64,000 nucleotides of DNA, taken from positions 207,185 through 271,184 of the forward strand of contig JADLHM010000098.1 of the NCBI GenBank assembly GCA_020848745.1, read 5' to 3'. Shown here piece by piece: positions 18,035 to 26,848 of the stretch (position 1 is its first letter; every line of letters begins with the position of its first letter). Source of the stretch: Deltaproteobacteria bacterium. GTDB lineage: Bacteria > Desulfobacterota > Binatia > UTPRO1. Made by a program: the position numbers and the translations under genes. The notes beneath the pieces were generated by a model. That model made no database searches. It had not been told where the DNA came from and saw only the letters and a program-made list of their open reading frames with translations.

Positions 18035-20362
18035 ATGGCTTTTCGGGTCGCGGCGATAGTACTCTTGCTACTGACGGCCGGCTCGGCACGCGCCGAGCGG
18101 CTCTTCTCGGTCGATGCCGGTGCCAGGGTTCGTGACCCCGGCGCGGTGCGTGTCGACGGAGCCGTGGCCCGCGACCTCGCGAGCCGGCCGCGTGCGGTCG
18201 TGGTGACCGGCGTCCCGCTCGTCGGTGGCGTGACCGCGTCCTTCGACGTGGCGCCGGTCGAGGTCTTCACCGCGGACGCCCGCATCGTCGAGTTCGACGG
18301 CGTGCGCGAGCAGCCGATCGGCCGTCCCGACGTCGTCGTGTACGAGGGCACGGATGCCACGGACCCGTCACGAACCCTGGTGCTCAGCATCACCGGCGGG
18401 GCGCGCGTGGCGGCGACCGTGCGCGCCGGCCAACGCGTCGTCAGTATGATCGCCCCCGTCGACGGCGCGCACCGGCTCGTCGATCCGGCGACGACGCTTC
18501 CCGGAGCGGCGCGTGACGTGTGCAAGAACCATCTCGCGCCGGCGGGAATGCTCGACGTCTCGGGCGGCGCCCGTGCGGCGGCGGCCCCGCCGATCGCCGC
18601 TCTGCCGCCTGGTCCGACGCTCGCCGGGCAGATCCTCGTCGACGTCGGGAACGACCTCTACGTGAACGAGTTCGGGTCGAGCTCGACGACCGCGGCGGCA
18701 TACGCGGCCGGCGTCGTCGGCGCCGTATCGGCAATCTACCGGCGCGACGTGAACGTCGCGATGCTGATCGATCAGCTGGTGATCTGGACGGCACCCGATC
18801 CCTTCGGCGGCGTCGACTCCTCCGCGCAGCTGAACGCGTACCGCACCTGGAACCAGGCCAACCGCGTGGGCGTCCCACGCGACCTGGCGCACCTCCTCGC
18901 GAACCTCGGCGGCGGCGGCGGCATCGCGTACCTCGGACCCGGCAGCGTGCTCTGCGACGAGGGCTTCGGCTATGCCGTCAGCAACCTCGACGGCTACTAC
19001 GCGGCGTTCCCGACCGTCGGCTACCTATGGGACGTGAACGTCGTCGCCCATGAGACCGGCCACAACCTCGGCTCGCAGCATACGCACTGCTACATGCCGC
19101 CGCTCGATCACTGCTACAACACCGAGCCCGGCTGCTACGCCGGACCGGTTACGCCCTCGGTCGGCGAGACGATGAGCTACTGCCACCTCGTCCAGACGGT
19201 CGAGATGGGCTTCGGGAGCGTGGTGGCGCCGGTGCTCCGCACGGGCGCCGAGGGTGCCGCGTGCTTCGGGGCCGCTCCCGGCGTGTGCGGCGACGGCGTG
19301 CTCGCGCCGGGCGAGCATTGTGACGACGGCAACAACGTCAACGGCGACTGCTGCGCCGCGAATTGCGTCGCCGAGGCCGGCCAGGCCTGCGCGTCGGACG
19401 GCGATCCGTGCACCAGCGACGTCTGCAACGACGCGGCGGTCTGCACGCACGTCCCGCCCGGCAGTTGCACGCCGTGCAGTGCGGCCACCGTCATTCCGGC
19501 GGCCGGCGGCACCTTCCCGGGAACGACGAGCGGATCGAGTCAGATGAACGCAACCTGCGGCGGCAGCGCGGCGCCTGAGCAAGTCTTCCAATGGACGCCG
19601 GCCGTGTCGGGGCTCGCGCGCCTGAGCCTCTGCGGCAGCGGCTACGACACCGTGCTCTACGTGCGCTCTGGGCTCTGCGAGACGGGTCCCCAGGTCGCGT
19701 GCAACGACGACTCGTCACCGTGTGGGCAGGCGTCCACCGTGGAGACGTACGTGGAGGCCGGTACGACGTACTTCGTGGTCGTCGACGGCTTCGCCAGCTT
19801 GGCAGGCTCGTTCACGCTGAGCGTGTCGCCGCCGGGATGCGCAGCCGCCCCGGTCGGCGGCTGCAAGCTGTCGACCGCGCCGGCGAAGGGGAAGCTGCAG
19901 CTCAAGAACGCTGCCGACGACGCCAAAGACCAATTGTCGTGGACGTGGGGCAGCGGCGCCGCGACCAGCATGACGGAGCTCGGCAACCCGACGGGCCCGA
20001 ACGGCTACCAGATGTGCATCTACGACTTCGGTGGCCTCGTCTCGAGCGCCGCGGTCCCGCCCGGCGGCACGTGCGACGGCAAGCCCTGCTGGTCGGGGAA
20101 GCCGACGTCCTTCGCCTACAAGAACAAGGCGCGGACGCCGAACGGCATCGAGAAGATGCAGCTCAAATCGAGCGCCACCCCCGGCAAGGCGAAGATCGCG
20201 GTGAAGGGCAAGGGCGGCTTGCTCGCCATGCCGAACCTCCTCGCCATCACGCCGCCGGTGCGGGTACAGCTGGTCCGCCCGAGCGGCCCGTGCTGGGAAG
20301 CGTCGTTCAGCGCGCCGATCATCAAGCCGGACGGATCGCAGCTGACGGGCAAGTCGGACTGA
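18035..20362 (+). CDS. Secreted metzincin zinc metallopeptidase with Myxococcus cysteine-rich repeat and Lys-rich C-terminal module
   Basis: Signal peptide MAFRVAAIVLLLLTAGSARA; HETGHNLGSQH (HExxHxxGxxH) metzincin motif; CGDGVLAPGEHCDDGNNVNGDCCAANC matches the Myxococcus Cys-rich repeat pattern. Confidence 0.8.
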   Translation: MAFRVAAIVLLLLTAGSARAERLFSVDAGARVRDPGAVRVDGAVARDLASRPRAVVVTGVPLVGGVTASFDVAPVEVFTADARIVEFDGVREQPIGRPDVVVYEGTDATDPSRTLVLSITGGARVAATVRAGQRVVSMIAPVDGAHRLVDPATTLPGAARDVCKNHLAPAGMLDVSGGARAAAAPPIAALPPGPTLAGQILVDVGNDLYVNEFGSSSTTAAAYAAGVVGAVSAIYRRDVNVAMLIDQLVIWTAPDPFGGVDSSAQLNAYRTWNQANRVGVPRDLAHLLANLGGGGGIAYLGPGSVLCDEGFGYAVSNLDGYYAAFPTVGYLWDVNVVAHETGHNLGSQHTHCYMPPLDHCYNTEPGCYAGPVTPSVGETMSYCHLVQTVEMGFGSVVAPVLRTGAEGAACFGAAPGVCGDGVLAPGEHCDDGNNVNGDCCAANCVAEAGQACASDGDPCTSDVCNDAAVCTHVPPGSCTPCSAATVIPAAGGTFPGTTSGSSQMNATCGGSAAPEQVFQWTPAVSGLARLSLCGSGYDTVLYVRSGLCETGPQVACNDDSSPCGQASTVETYVEAGTTYFVVVDGFASLAGSFTLSVSPPGCAAAPVGGCKLSTAPAKGKLQLKNAADDAKDQLSWTWGSGAATSMTELGNPTGPNGYQMCIYDFGGLVSSAAVPPGGTCDGKPCWSGKPTSFAYKNKARTPNGIEKMQLKSSATPGKAKIAVKGKGGLLAMPNLLAITPPVRVQLVRPSGPCWEASFSAPIIKPDGSQLTGKSD

Positions 20363-20416
20363 GACGAGCGCGACGCGGACGGCGACGGTGAGGGGCACGG
20401 TCTGGATCGGCGGAGT

Positions 20417-21553
20417 GTGCCGGTTTCTGAACGAAAGTCGCTTCGGCGGCTTCGCCGCGAAGATGTCGTCGGGCACGTGAACGGAAGGGAACGTTCGGTT
20501 CGAGCGTCTCGACCTGTACCTCGCTGGGGCCCGGTGCTAGACGTCCCGCCCGTGCCGACTTCACAGCCCGATCTCGTCCACGTCGTGAGCCACGGACCGC
20601 ACTGCCTCGACGGCGTGACGTCCGCCGTCGCGGTCGCGCGCTTCCACGCCGGCAGCGAGATCGTGCCGGTCTTCGCCAACAACCCCGAGATCAACGAGGC
20701 GATCCAGGGCGTGCCCGTGCCGCCCGCCGGCCGGACGCACGAGCTCTGGATCACCGACATCAGCTGGAACCAGACGGCGACCGACGCGCATCTCCGGACG
20801 CTCGCCGCCGCGGGAACCCGCATCCGCTGGATCGACCATCACCGCACCGCGATCGAGCGCTTGAAGCGCGGCGCGATCGACGTGCCGTTCGCGACGATGG
20901 TGGTTGAGGACACGTATGCGGCCTCGCGGCTGGTCTACGAGCACTTGAAGGGCCGACTCGCGGCGGAAGGCGGGACCCCGAGCAGGCGCGGCGAGCACGC
21001 GGCCGCGTTCCTCGGCCTCGAGAAGCTCGTGGCGCTCGCCGACGACAACGACCGCTGGATCCACGCGCTCGCGGGATCGCGCGAGCTCGCGCTCACCGTC
21101 GGCGCGATGCATGACGCGACCGCCTACGAGGAGCTCCTCGCGATCGACGCCGAGGTGAGCCCGACCCCGCGCATGCGCGAGGCGGAGGCGCGGGTGACGG
21201 CCGAGGTCGCGGCGACGCACGCGCTCGCCGGGAAGACGCGCCGCGAGCGCCGCGTCGGCGACGTCACGGTGATCGCCGCCTGGTGCGTCGGCTATCCGAG
21301 CGAGATCGGCGACCAGTGGGGGAAGGCGACGCCGAACGCCGTGGTCGCGCTCTACGACACGAAGAGCGCGGGCGTGAGCTTCCGCCGCTCGCCCGCCTCG
21401 CAGGTGGATCTCTCGCGCGTCGCGGAGACCTTCGGCGGCGGCGGCCACGCTGCGGCGGCCGGGTGCAAGATTCCCGGCATGGGCGACCGCGACGCCGACG
21501 CGCTCGCGGGCCTCGTCGCCGACGCGGTCGCGCGGGTGGCGCGCCCGGCATGA
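20417..21553 (+). CDS. DHH/DHHA1 family phosphoesterase (NrnA-like nanoRNase/pAp phosphatase-like)
   Basis: IDHH motif, DHHA1 FGGGGHAAAAG motif; true start probably downstream (GTG near 20552, MPTSQPDLVHVV); stop overlaps next gene start (ATGA). Confidence 0.65.
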   Translation: MPVSERKSLRRLRREDVVGHVNGRERSVRASRPVPRWGPVLDVPPVPTSQPDLVHVVSHGPHCLDGVTSAVAVARFHAGSEIVPVFANNPEINEAIQGVPVPPAGRTHELWITDISWNQTATDAHLRTLAAAGTRIRWIDHHRTAIERLKRGAIDVPFATMVVEDTYAASRLVYEHLKGRLAAEGGTPSRRGEHAAAFLGLEKLVALADDNDRWIHALAGSRELALTVGAMHDATAYEELLAIDAEVSPTPRMREAEARVTAEVAATHALAGKTRRERRVGDVTVIAAWCVGYPSEIGDQWGKATPNAVVALYDTKSAGVSFRRSPASQVDLSRVAETFGGGGHAAAAGCKIPGMGDRDADALAGLVADAVARVARPA

Positions 21554-22098
21554 GCTCGCGGCACGACCTCGGCTGGCTCCGGAAGCGGTACGGCAAGTTC
21601 CCGCACGTCGAGGCGGTGCTCGCGAGCGGCGACTTCGCGCCGCTGCGCGGCGGCGGCGGCCGGCGGAGCGAGGTCGCGATGGCGATCCGTCGGCCGAGCG
21701 GCGGCATCCTCCTCCAGACGAAAGCCTTCTACCCGCCCGGCACGTTCCGCCTGCCGACCGGCGGCATCAAGGAGGGCGAGGACGTCGAGCACGCGCTGCT
21801 GCGCGAGGTCCACGAGGAGAGCAACCTCGACGTCGAGATCGAGCGGCTCGTCGCGGTGATCGACCACAGCGCCGTCGCGGGGAAGGCGCCCTTCCGCTCG
21901 TACATGTTCCTGCTCCGCGAGATCGGCGGCACGCTCAAGGTGAACGACCCCGACGAGAAGATCAGCGGCTGGGACGAGCGCGACGTCGTCGGCCTCGAGC
22001 GCGCCGCGCGCGAGCTCCGGAATCTCGCCGGGACGTGGCGGCGCTGGGGGCAGTTCCGCGCCGTGGCGCTCGAGGTGCTGGCGGGCGCCGTCCGGTGA
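21550..22098 (+). CDS. NUDIX hydrolase
   Basis: Nudix box GGIKEGEDVEHALLREVHEESNL; ATG 21550 overlaps upstream TGA (ATGA). Confidence 0.75.
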   Translation: MSSRHDLGWLRKRYGKFPHVEAVLASGDFAPLRGGGGRRSEVAMAIRRPSGGILLQTKAFYPPGTFRLPTGGIKEGEDVEHALLREVHEESNLDVEIERLVAVIDHSAVAGKAPFRSYMFLLREIGGTLKVNDPDEKISGWDERDVVGLERAARELRNLAGTWRRWGQFRAVALEVLAGAVR

Positions 22099-22129
22099 CG
22101 GCGCCCGGGGCGCGGGCGGGCGGCGTCGG

Positions 22130-23374
22130 ATGACCGCCGCGCCCCGCGATGGCGCGGCTGGTGCGGGCGCGGGGCCGAACCGCTTCGGCGCCCTCTTCGC
22201 CTGGGCGCTCTACGATCTCGCGAACACGACCTTCTCGCTGAACGTCGTCTCGCGCTACGTGCCCCTCCTGATCGTCGAGGATCTCGGCGGCCGCGACCTC
22301 GACGTGAGCGTCGCCTACAGCGGCGCGATGGTGCTGGTGGCGCTCGCGGCGCCGCTGCTCGGCGCGCTCTCGGACTGCTCGGGCCGCCGCATTCCGTTTC
22401 TCGCTGCGACGACGCTCCTCTGCGTCGGCGCGACGGCGCTCATGGGCTTCGGAAAGCCGGCGTGGCTCGTGCTCGGCCTCTTCGCGATCGCGACCTTCTT
22501 CTACCAGGCGGCGCTCGTCTTCTACGATGCGCTCCTCGCCAACGTGTCCGACGAAACGAACCGCGGTCGCGCCTCGGGCTTCGGCATCGCGCTCGGGTAC
22601 GGCGGTTCGATCTTCAGCCTCTACAGCGTGTCGCCGGTCGCGGAGCACTGGGGGAAGGCGGCGGCGTTCCCGACGACGGCCGCCATCTTCCTCGCCTTCG
22701 CGCTGCCGTGTCTCCTGATGGTGCCGGACGGACCCGGAGGACCCCTCTGGCGCCGCGGGCTCGCGGGCGAGACGTTCGTGCGGGTCGCGGCGACGCTCCG
22801 GCGCGTGCCGCGGATGCCCGCGCTCGGCCGGTTCCTCGCCGCGCACTTCCTCTACACCGATGCCGTCAACACGGTGATCCTCTTCATGGCCGTCTACGTG
22901 ACCAAGGTCGGCGGCTTCGCGAGCGCCGAGGTGACGCGCCTCCTCGCGCTCTCGACGGTCTTCGCGATCGTCGGTGCGTTCGGCGCGGGTCCGCTCATCG
23001 ACCGCGTCGGGGCCAAACGCGCGCTCCATGGGGCGCTCGCGTGCTGGGCCGTCGGGCTCTCGGTCGCGCTCGGGGCGCCCGGCAAGGGCGCGCTCTGGCT
23101 CGTCGGGCCGATCACCGGCACGGCGCTCGGCGCCACCTGGGCCGCCGATCGCGTCCTCATGTTCCGGCTCTCGCCGCCCGACGCGCTCGGCGAGCTCTAC
23201 GGCGTGTACGGCATGGTCGGCCGGTTCGCCGCCATCACCGGACCGCTCGTCTGGGGCGTCGTCGTGTACGCGCTCGAGGACACCGGCGCGCTCGCCTACA
23301 GGGCGGCGATCGGCGCGCTCCTCGCCATGCTGCTCGCGGGCGCGTGGGTGCTGCGCCGCGTGCCGACGGTCTGA
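22130..23374 (+). CDS. MFS transporter
   Basis: ~12 predicted hydrophobic helices, 414 aa, MFS-like organisation. Confidence 0.7.
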   Translation: MTAAPRDGAAGAGAGPNRFGALFAWALYDLANTTFSLNVVSRYVPLLIVEDLGGRDLDVSVAYSGAMVLVALAAPLLGALSDCSGRRIPFLAATTLLCVGATALMGFGKPAWLVLGLFAIATFFYQAALVFYDALLANVSDETNRGRASGFGIALGYGGSIFSLYSVSPVAEHWGKAAAFPTTAAIFLAFALPCLLMVPDGPGGPLWRRGLAGETFVRVAATLRRVPRMPALGRFLAAHFLYTDAVNTVILFMAVYVTKVGGFASAEVTRLLALSTVFAIVGAFGAGPLIDRVGAKRALHGALACWAVGLSVALGAPGKGALWLVGPITGTALGATWAADRVLMFRLSPPDALGELYGVYGMVGRFAAITGPLVWGVVVYALEDTGALAYRAAIGALLAMLLAGAWVLRRVPTV

Positions 23375-23389
23375 ACCGGCGCCGCGGCT

Positions 23390-25246
23390 TCAGCGCGCTT
23401 CGGAGAGACCCGCCTGCCGCGCGAGCGCGGTGAGGTCGGGTCGCAGGCGAACCGCCTCCGCCGCGTGCGCGCGCGCTTCGGCGCCGCGCCCCTGCTGCGC
23501 CAGCGCGAGGGCCAGGTTGAAGTGGACCTCCGCGTAGTCGGGACGGAGCGCGAGCGCGCGCTCGTACTCGGCGATCGCCTCGGCGGCACGCCCCTGCCGG
23601 ATCCGGAGGTTGCCGAGGTTGCTGTGCGGCTCGGCGTAGCCGGGCGAGAGCCGCATGGCCTCGGCATAGAGCGCCGTCGCCTCGTCCCACGCTCCGCGCT
23701 GCATGACCGCGACCGCGAGGTTGTTCATCGCCTCCGCGTAGCCCGGCCGGAGGCGGAGCGCCTCGCGGTAGTACGGCTCGGCCTCGGCGAAGCGCTTCTC
23801 GTCGGCGAGCGTCGCGCCCCAGTTGTTGTGCGCGTCGGCGGAGGTCGGCTTCAAGCGGATCGCCTCGGCGTAGTGCGCCATCGCCTCGCTCCGCGCGCCG
23901 CGGTCGGCGAGCGCACGGCCGAGGTGGACGTGCGCCTCGGCGTAGGACGGGTCGACGGCGAGCGCACGCCGCGCCGCCGCCGCCGCGTCGTCGACGCGTC
24001 CCTCGGCGAGGCATGCCTGCGCGAGGTTGCTCCACGCCCGCGGGTTCGCGGGGCGTTTCGCGGCGACGTCGGTCCACATCGCGTGCGGGCTCCGGTAGTC
24101 GTGGTTGCGGCCGATGGTGAGCGCGACGAGCGCGACGACGACGATCGCGACGGCGGCGGTCGCGACCCGGCGTTCGCGGATGCGCCCGAGCCGCGCGCGT
24201 CGGATCGCCGTCCAGGCGCCGAGGACGAGCAGCGCCACGAGCGGCGCGAGCGGCAGGTACATGCGGTGCTCGAAGGCGAGATCGCGGATCGGGATCACGC
24301 TCGAGCTCGGCGCCAGGACGAGGAGGAACGCGAGAACGAGGAAGCGGGGGCGCGGCCGGCCGCGAAGCGCGTAGAGGATTCCTCCGATGCCGGCGGCGAG
24401 CGCCAGGGTCGGCGCGACGACCGCGAGCCCCTTCGCCGGCGGCCACCCGTAGTCGAGCACGAGCCCGCGCGGCGCGACGACGAGCCGGAGATAGCGGAGG
24501 ACCACGCCCGGCTGGCTCCGCGCGAACTCGGCGAGCGACACGTCCCGCATCGCGAAGCCCGCCGTCGCCGCCGACTCGTGCTCCTGGCCGACGAGGAGGA
24601 GCAGCAGGATGCCCCAGGTCGCGGCGAGTCCGAGGTAGAGCCGGCGCCGGTGCCGCCACGCCGCGCGCCACGAGCCGGCGAGGAACGTGCGGTCGTAGAG
24701 GAGGACGACGAGCGGCGCCGTCACCATGACCGGCTTGCAGAGCATTCCGAGCGCGCACGCCGCGACCGCGGCGCCGTACCATGGCGCCGGACGCGCCGAC
24801 ACCGCGCCCCGGATCACCCCGTAGAGCGTCACGAGGAAGAGGAGCCCCGTCAGCGACTCCGCGCGCTGTACGACGTAGGTGACGCTCTCGGTCTGGAGCG
24901 GGTGCACCGCCCACACGAGCGCGATCGCGAGCGCCATCGCCGTCGCGCCGAGCGTCCGCGCCGCCACGCCATAGAGCGCGAGCGCCGCGAGACAGTGCAC
25001 GGCGACGTTCACCACGTGGTAGCCGACCGGGTTCGCGCCGCCGAGCGCCCAGTCGAGCGCGAAGGAGAGCTGGACGAGCGGCCGCGACGTTCCGCGCACG
25101 GTCGCCCACGAGAACTCGTGCAGCGCGGGATTCTCGAGGATGCCGGCGTCGTCGAAGAGGAACGGCGTGCGGAGCGCGTTGGCGTACGCGATCAGCACGC
25201 CGCCGACGATGAGCAGCGGCAGCAAGCGCTCGGCGGGACGCGGCAT
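23390..25246 (-). CDS. Membrane protein with PMT/ArnT-like N-terminal domain and C-terminal TPR repeats
   Basis: N-terminus LLIVGGVLIAYANALRTPFLFDD typical of PMT_2-family TPR proteins; multiple transmembrane segments; C-terminal TPR repeats (AxxxYxxALxxxPxxAEA). Start at internal ATG (MPRPAERLLPLL); coordinates ±3. Confidence 0.7.
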   Translation of the reverse strand: MPRPAERLLPLLIVGGVLIAYANALRTPFLFDDAGILENPALHEFSWATVRGTSRPLVQLSFALDWALGGANPVGYHVVNVAVHCLAALALYGVAARTLGATAMALAIALVWAVHPLQTESVTYVVQRAESLTGLLFLVTLYGVIRGAVSARPAPWYGAAVAACALGMLCKPVMVTAPLVVLLYDRTFLAGSWRAAWRHRRRLYLGLAATWGILLLLLVGQEHESAATAGFAMRDVSLAEFARSQPGVVLRYLRLVVAPRGLVLDYGWPPAKGLAVVAPTLALAAGIGGILYALRGRPRPRFLVLAFLLVLAPSSSVIPIRDLAFEHRMYLPLAPLVALLVLGAWTAIRRARLGRIRERRVATAAVAIVVVALVALTIGRNHDYRSPHAMWTDVAAKRPANPRAWSNLAQACLAEGRVDDAAAAARRALAVDPSYAEAHVHLGRALADRGARSEAMAHYAEAIRLKPTSADAHNNWGATLADEKRFAEAEPYYREALRLRPGYAEAMNNLAVAVMQRGAWDEATALYAEAMRLSPGYAEPHSNLGNLRIRQGRAAEAIAEYERALALRPDYAEVHFNLALALAQQGRGAEARAHAAEAVRLRPDLTALARQAGLSEAR

Positions 25247-25429
25247 CGGCGCCGGAGCTTGGAGGAAACCGCAGCGGGACGCCAGGCGCGCTGGGCACGC
25301 TCTTGGGTGTGGTGCCAACGAAGCAACGAAACCTCGCGGCGTATCGTTCTATGATTCTCACACAAGGCCTACTCGGACTTCTTGTCCCTCGAACGGCGCG
25401 CGCTCACGGTCGTGCGATCGCGCCCGTGG

Positions 25430-25507
25430 TTTCGTCCTTCTTTGGTATCGTCCTGGCAGCGGATGAAGGCAGGTTTGGGTCTGGACAAGATCGCACCTTT
25501 GGAATGA
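25430..25507 (+). pseudogene. Possible internally deleted remnant of a DUF4160-family gene (partner of DUF2442)
   Basis: Frame c encodes SSFFGIVLAADEG (cf. DUF4160 N-terminal FYGIVI motif); a different frame ends ...DKIAPLE* (cf. DUF4160 C-terminal KIxPLE); only ~75 nt, so not intact. Confidence 0.3.
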
Positions 25508-25516
25508 AGATCGCGC

Positions 25517-25768
25517 ATGACCTTCCTCCCCGTCGTCGTACGGGCCGAGCACCGCGGTGAGTACAAGATCCACGTGCTCTTCAACGACGGCGTCCAGCGT
25601 ACGATCGACTTCTCGCGCTGGATCCAGAGGCCGATCTTCGAGCCGCTGAAGGACGTCGAGTACTTCCGGCGTTTCGTGGTCGAGGCCGGGACCGTGTCGT
25701 GCCCGAACGGTGCCGACGTGGCCCCGGAAACCCCCTACGCGCGGGCGACCTCTACCGAAGCGGCGTGA
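25517..25768 (+). CDS. DUF2442 domain protein
   Basis: 83 aa; YKIHVLFNDGVQRTIDFSRW... pattern of DUF2442; lower-GC island. Confidence 0.6.
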   Translation: MTFLPVVVRAEHRGEYKIHVLFNDGVQRTIDFSRWIQRPIFEPLKDVEYFRRFVVEAGTVSCPNGADVAPETPYARATSTEAA

Positions 25769-25786
25769 CGAGTCGCGCGGCGCTCC

Positions 25787-26698
25787 TCAGCCGCCCTGCG
25801 CTTCGGCCTCCGCGATCACCGACGCGACCAGCGCCGGGTCCTCCATCGGCATGAAGTGCGTCCGGTCGGAGCGGTGCACGTCGCGGGCGCGGCGGAGCTG
25901 CGACGCGAGGGCGGGCCACGTCGGCGAGTAGCGGAAGTCGGCGAGGTCGGCGGGCGTGCGCGGCTCCATCGCGCGGAGCAGCGTGACGGGCAGGTCGAGG
26001 GCGCAGACGTGCTCGTGGATTCCCGGGTTGCCGAACGCGCCGCTGTAGACGGCGCCTTCCATCTCCGGCGAGCAGGCGAGCTCGAAGCCGGGCGGATCGA
26101 CGCTCGGTACGAGGCCCCACGTGCAGTAGTCGCGGAGCGCCGCCGCCGTGAAGCTCGCGAACGAGGGTCGTTCGCGCAGGCGCTCGATCATCTCGTCGAT
26201 CGAGGTGAAGTGGCGGCGCCGCTTCACGGCGGGATGGGTGGCCGCGGCGACCCGGATCCAGGCGCCGTCTCCGGCCGCCCCGCGCGCGGCGTAGTGCTCG
26301 GGCGCCAGGATCGTCGGGTCGACGAGCACGAGGCGTCGAAAGCGGGCCGGCTCGAGCGCCGCGGCCTCGACCATCGCGTGCCCGCCCGCCGAGTGGCCGA
26401 CCCCGACGACGTCGCGCAGGTCGAGTCGGCGCGCGATCTCCGCGACGTCATGGCCGAATTCGCGCCAGCGGATGGCGTCGACCTTGTCGCTCCGCCCGTG
26501 GCCGCGCTGGTCGATCGCGATCACCCGCCGTCGTCCGAGCCGGCGCCCGACCTGCCTCACGACCTGATCCCAGCAGCGCGCGTGGAAGCCCGTCGCGTGC
26601 ACGAGCACCAAGGGATCGCCCGCGGCGCCGCGGCCCCACTCGAAATAGGTGAGGGAGACGCCGTTCACGGACACGGAGGCTTCGATCGGCGCGCGCAT
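25787..26698 (-). CDS. Alpha/beta hydrolase
   Basis: GHSAGG nucleophile elbow, HGxxRSD, 303 aa. Confidence 0.75.
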   Translation of the reverse strand: MRAPIEASVSVNGVSLTYFEWGRGAAGDPLVLVHATGFHARCWDQVVRQVGRRLGRRRVIAIDQRGHGRSDKVDAIRWREFGHDVAEIARRLDLRDVVGVGHSAGGHAMVEAAALEPARFRRLVLVDPTILAPEHYAARGAAGDGAWIRVAAATHPAVKRRRHFTSIDEMIERLRERPSFASFTAAALRDYCTWGLVPSVDPPGFELACSPEMEGAVYSGAFGNPGIHEHVCALDLPVTLLRAMEPRTPADLADFRYSPTWPALASQLRRARDVHRSDRTHFMPMEDPALVASVIAEAEAQGG

Positions 26699-26848
26699 GG
26701 TCGGCGATACATGGGAGAGATCGAACGGTCATGCAAGCGGCGACGACAACCGTTGCGTGCGGCGATGCGTCCGCTCGGGCGTCGGATCAGCGCCGGCGGC
26801 GAGTGTGTTCCGCGTTCGGCGGCCGACGGCCGAGCGCGCGCCCGCGTC

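Noticed and set aside
23374-23390. GC palindrome (GCCGCGGC) between the convergent MFS and TPR genes
   Set aside because: It is too short and ubiquitous in high-GC DNA, and there is no T-tract.
25303-25560. 85-aa ORF upstream of DUF2442
   Set aside because: It has no coherent domain. I interpret it instead as fragments of a deleted DUF4160 gene in different frames.
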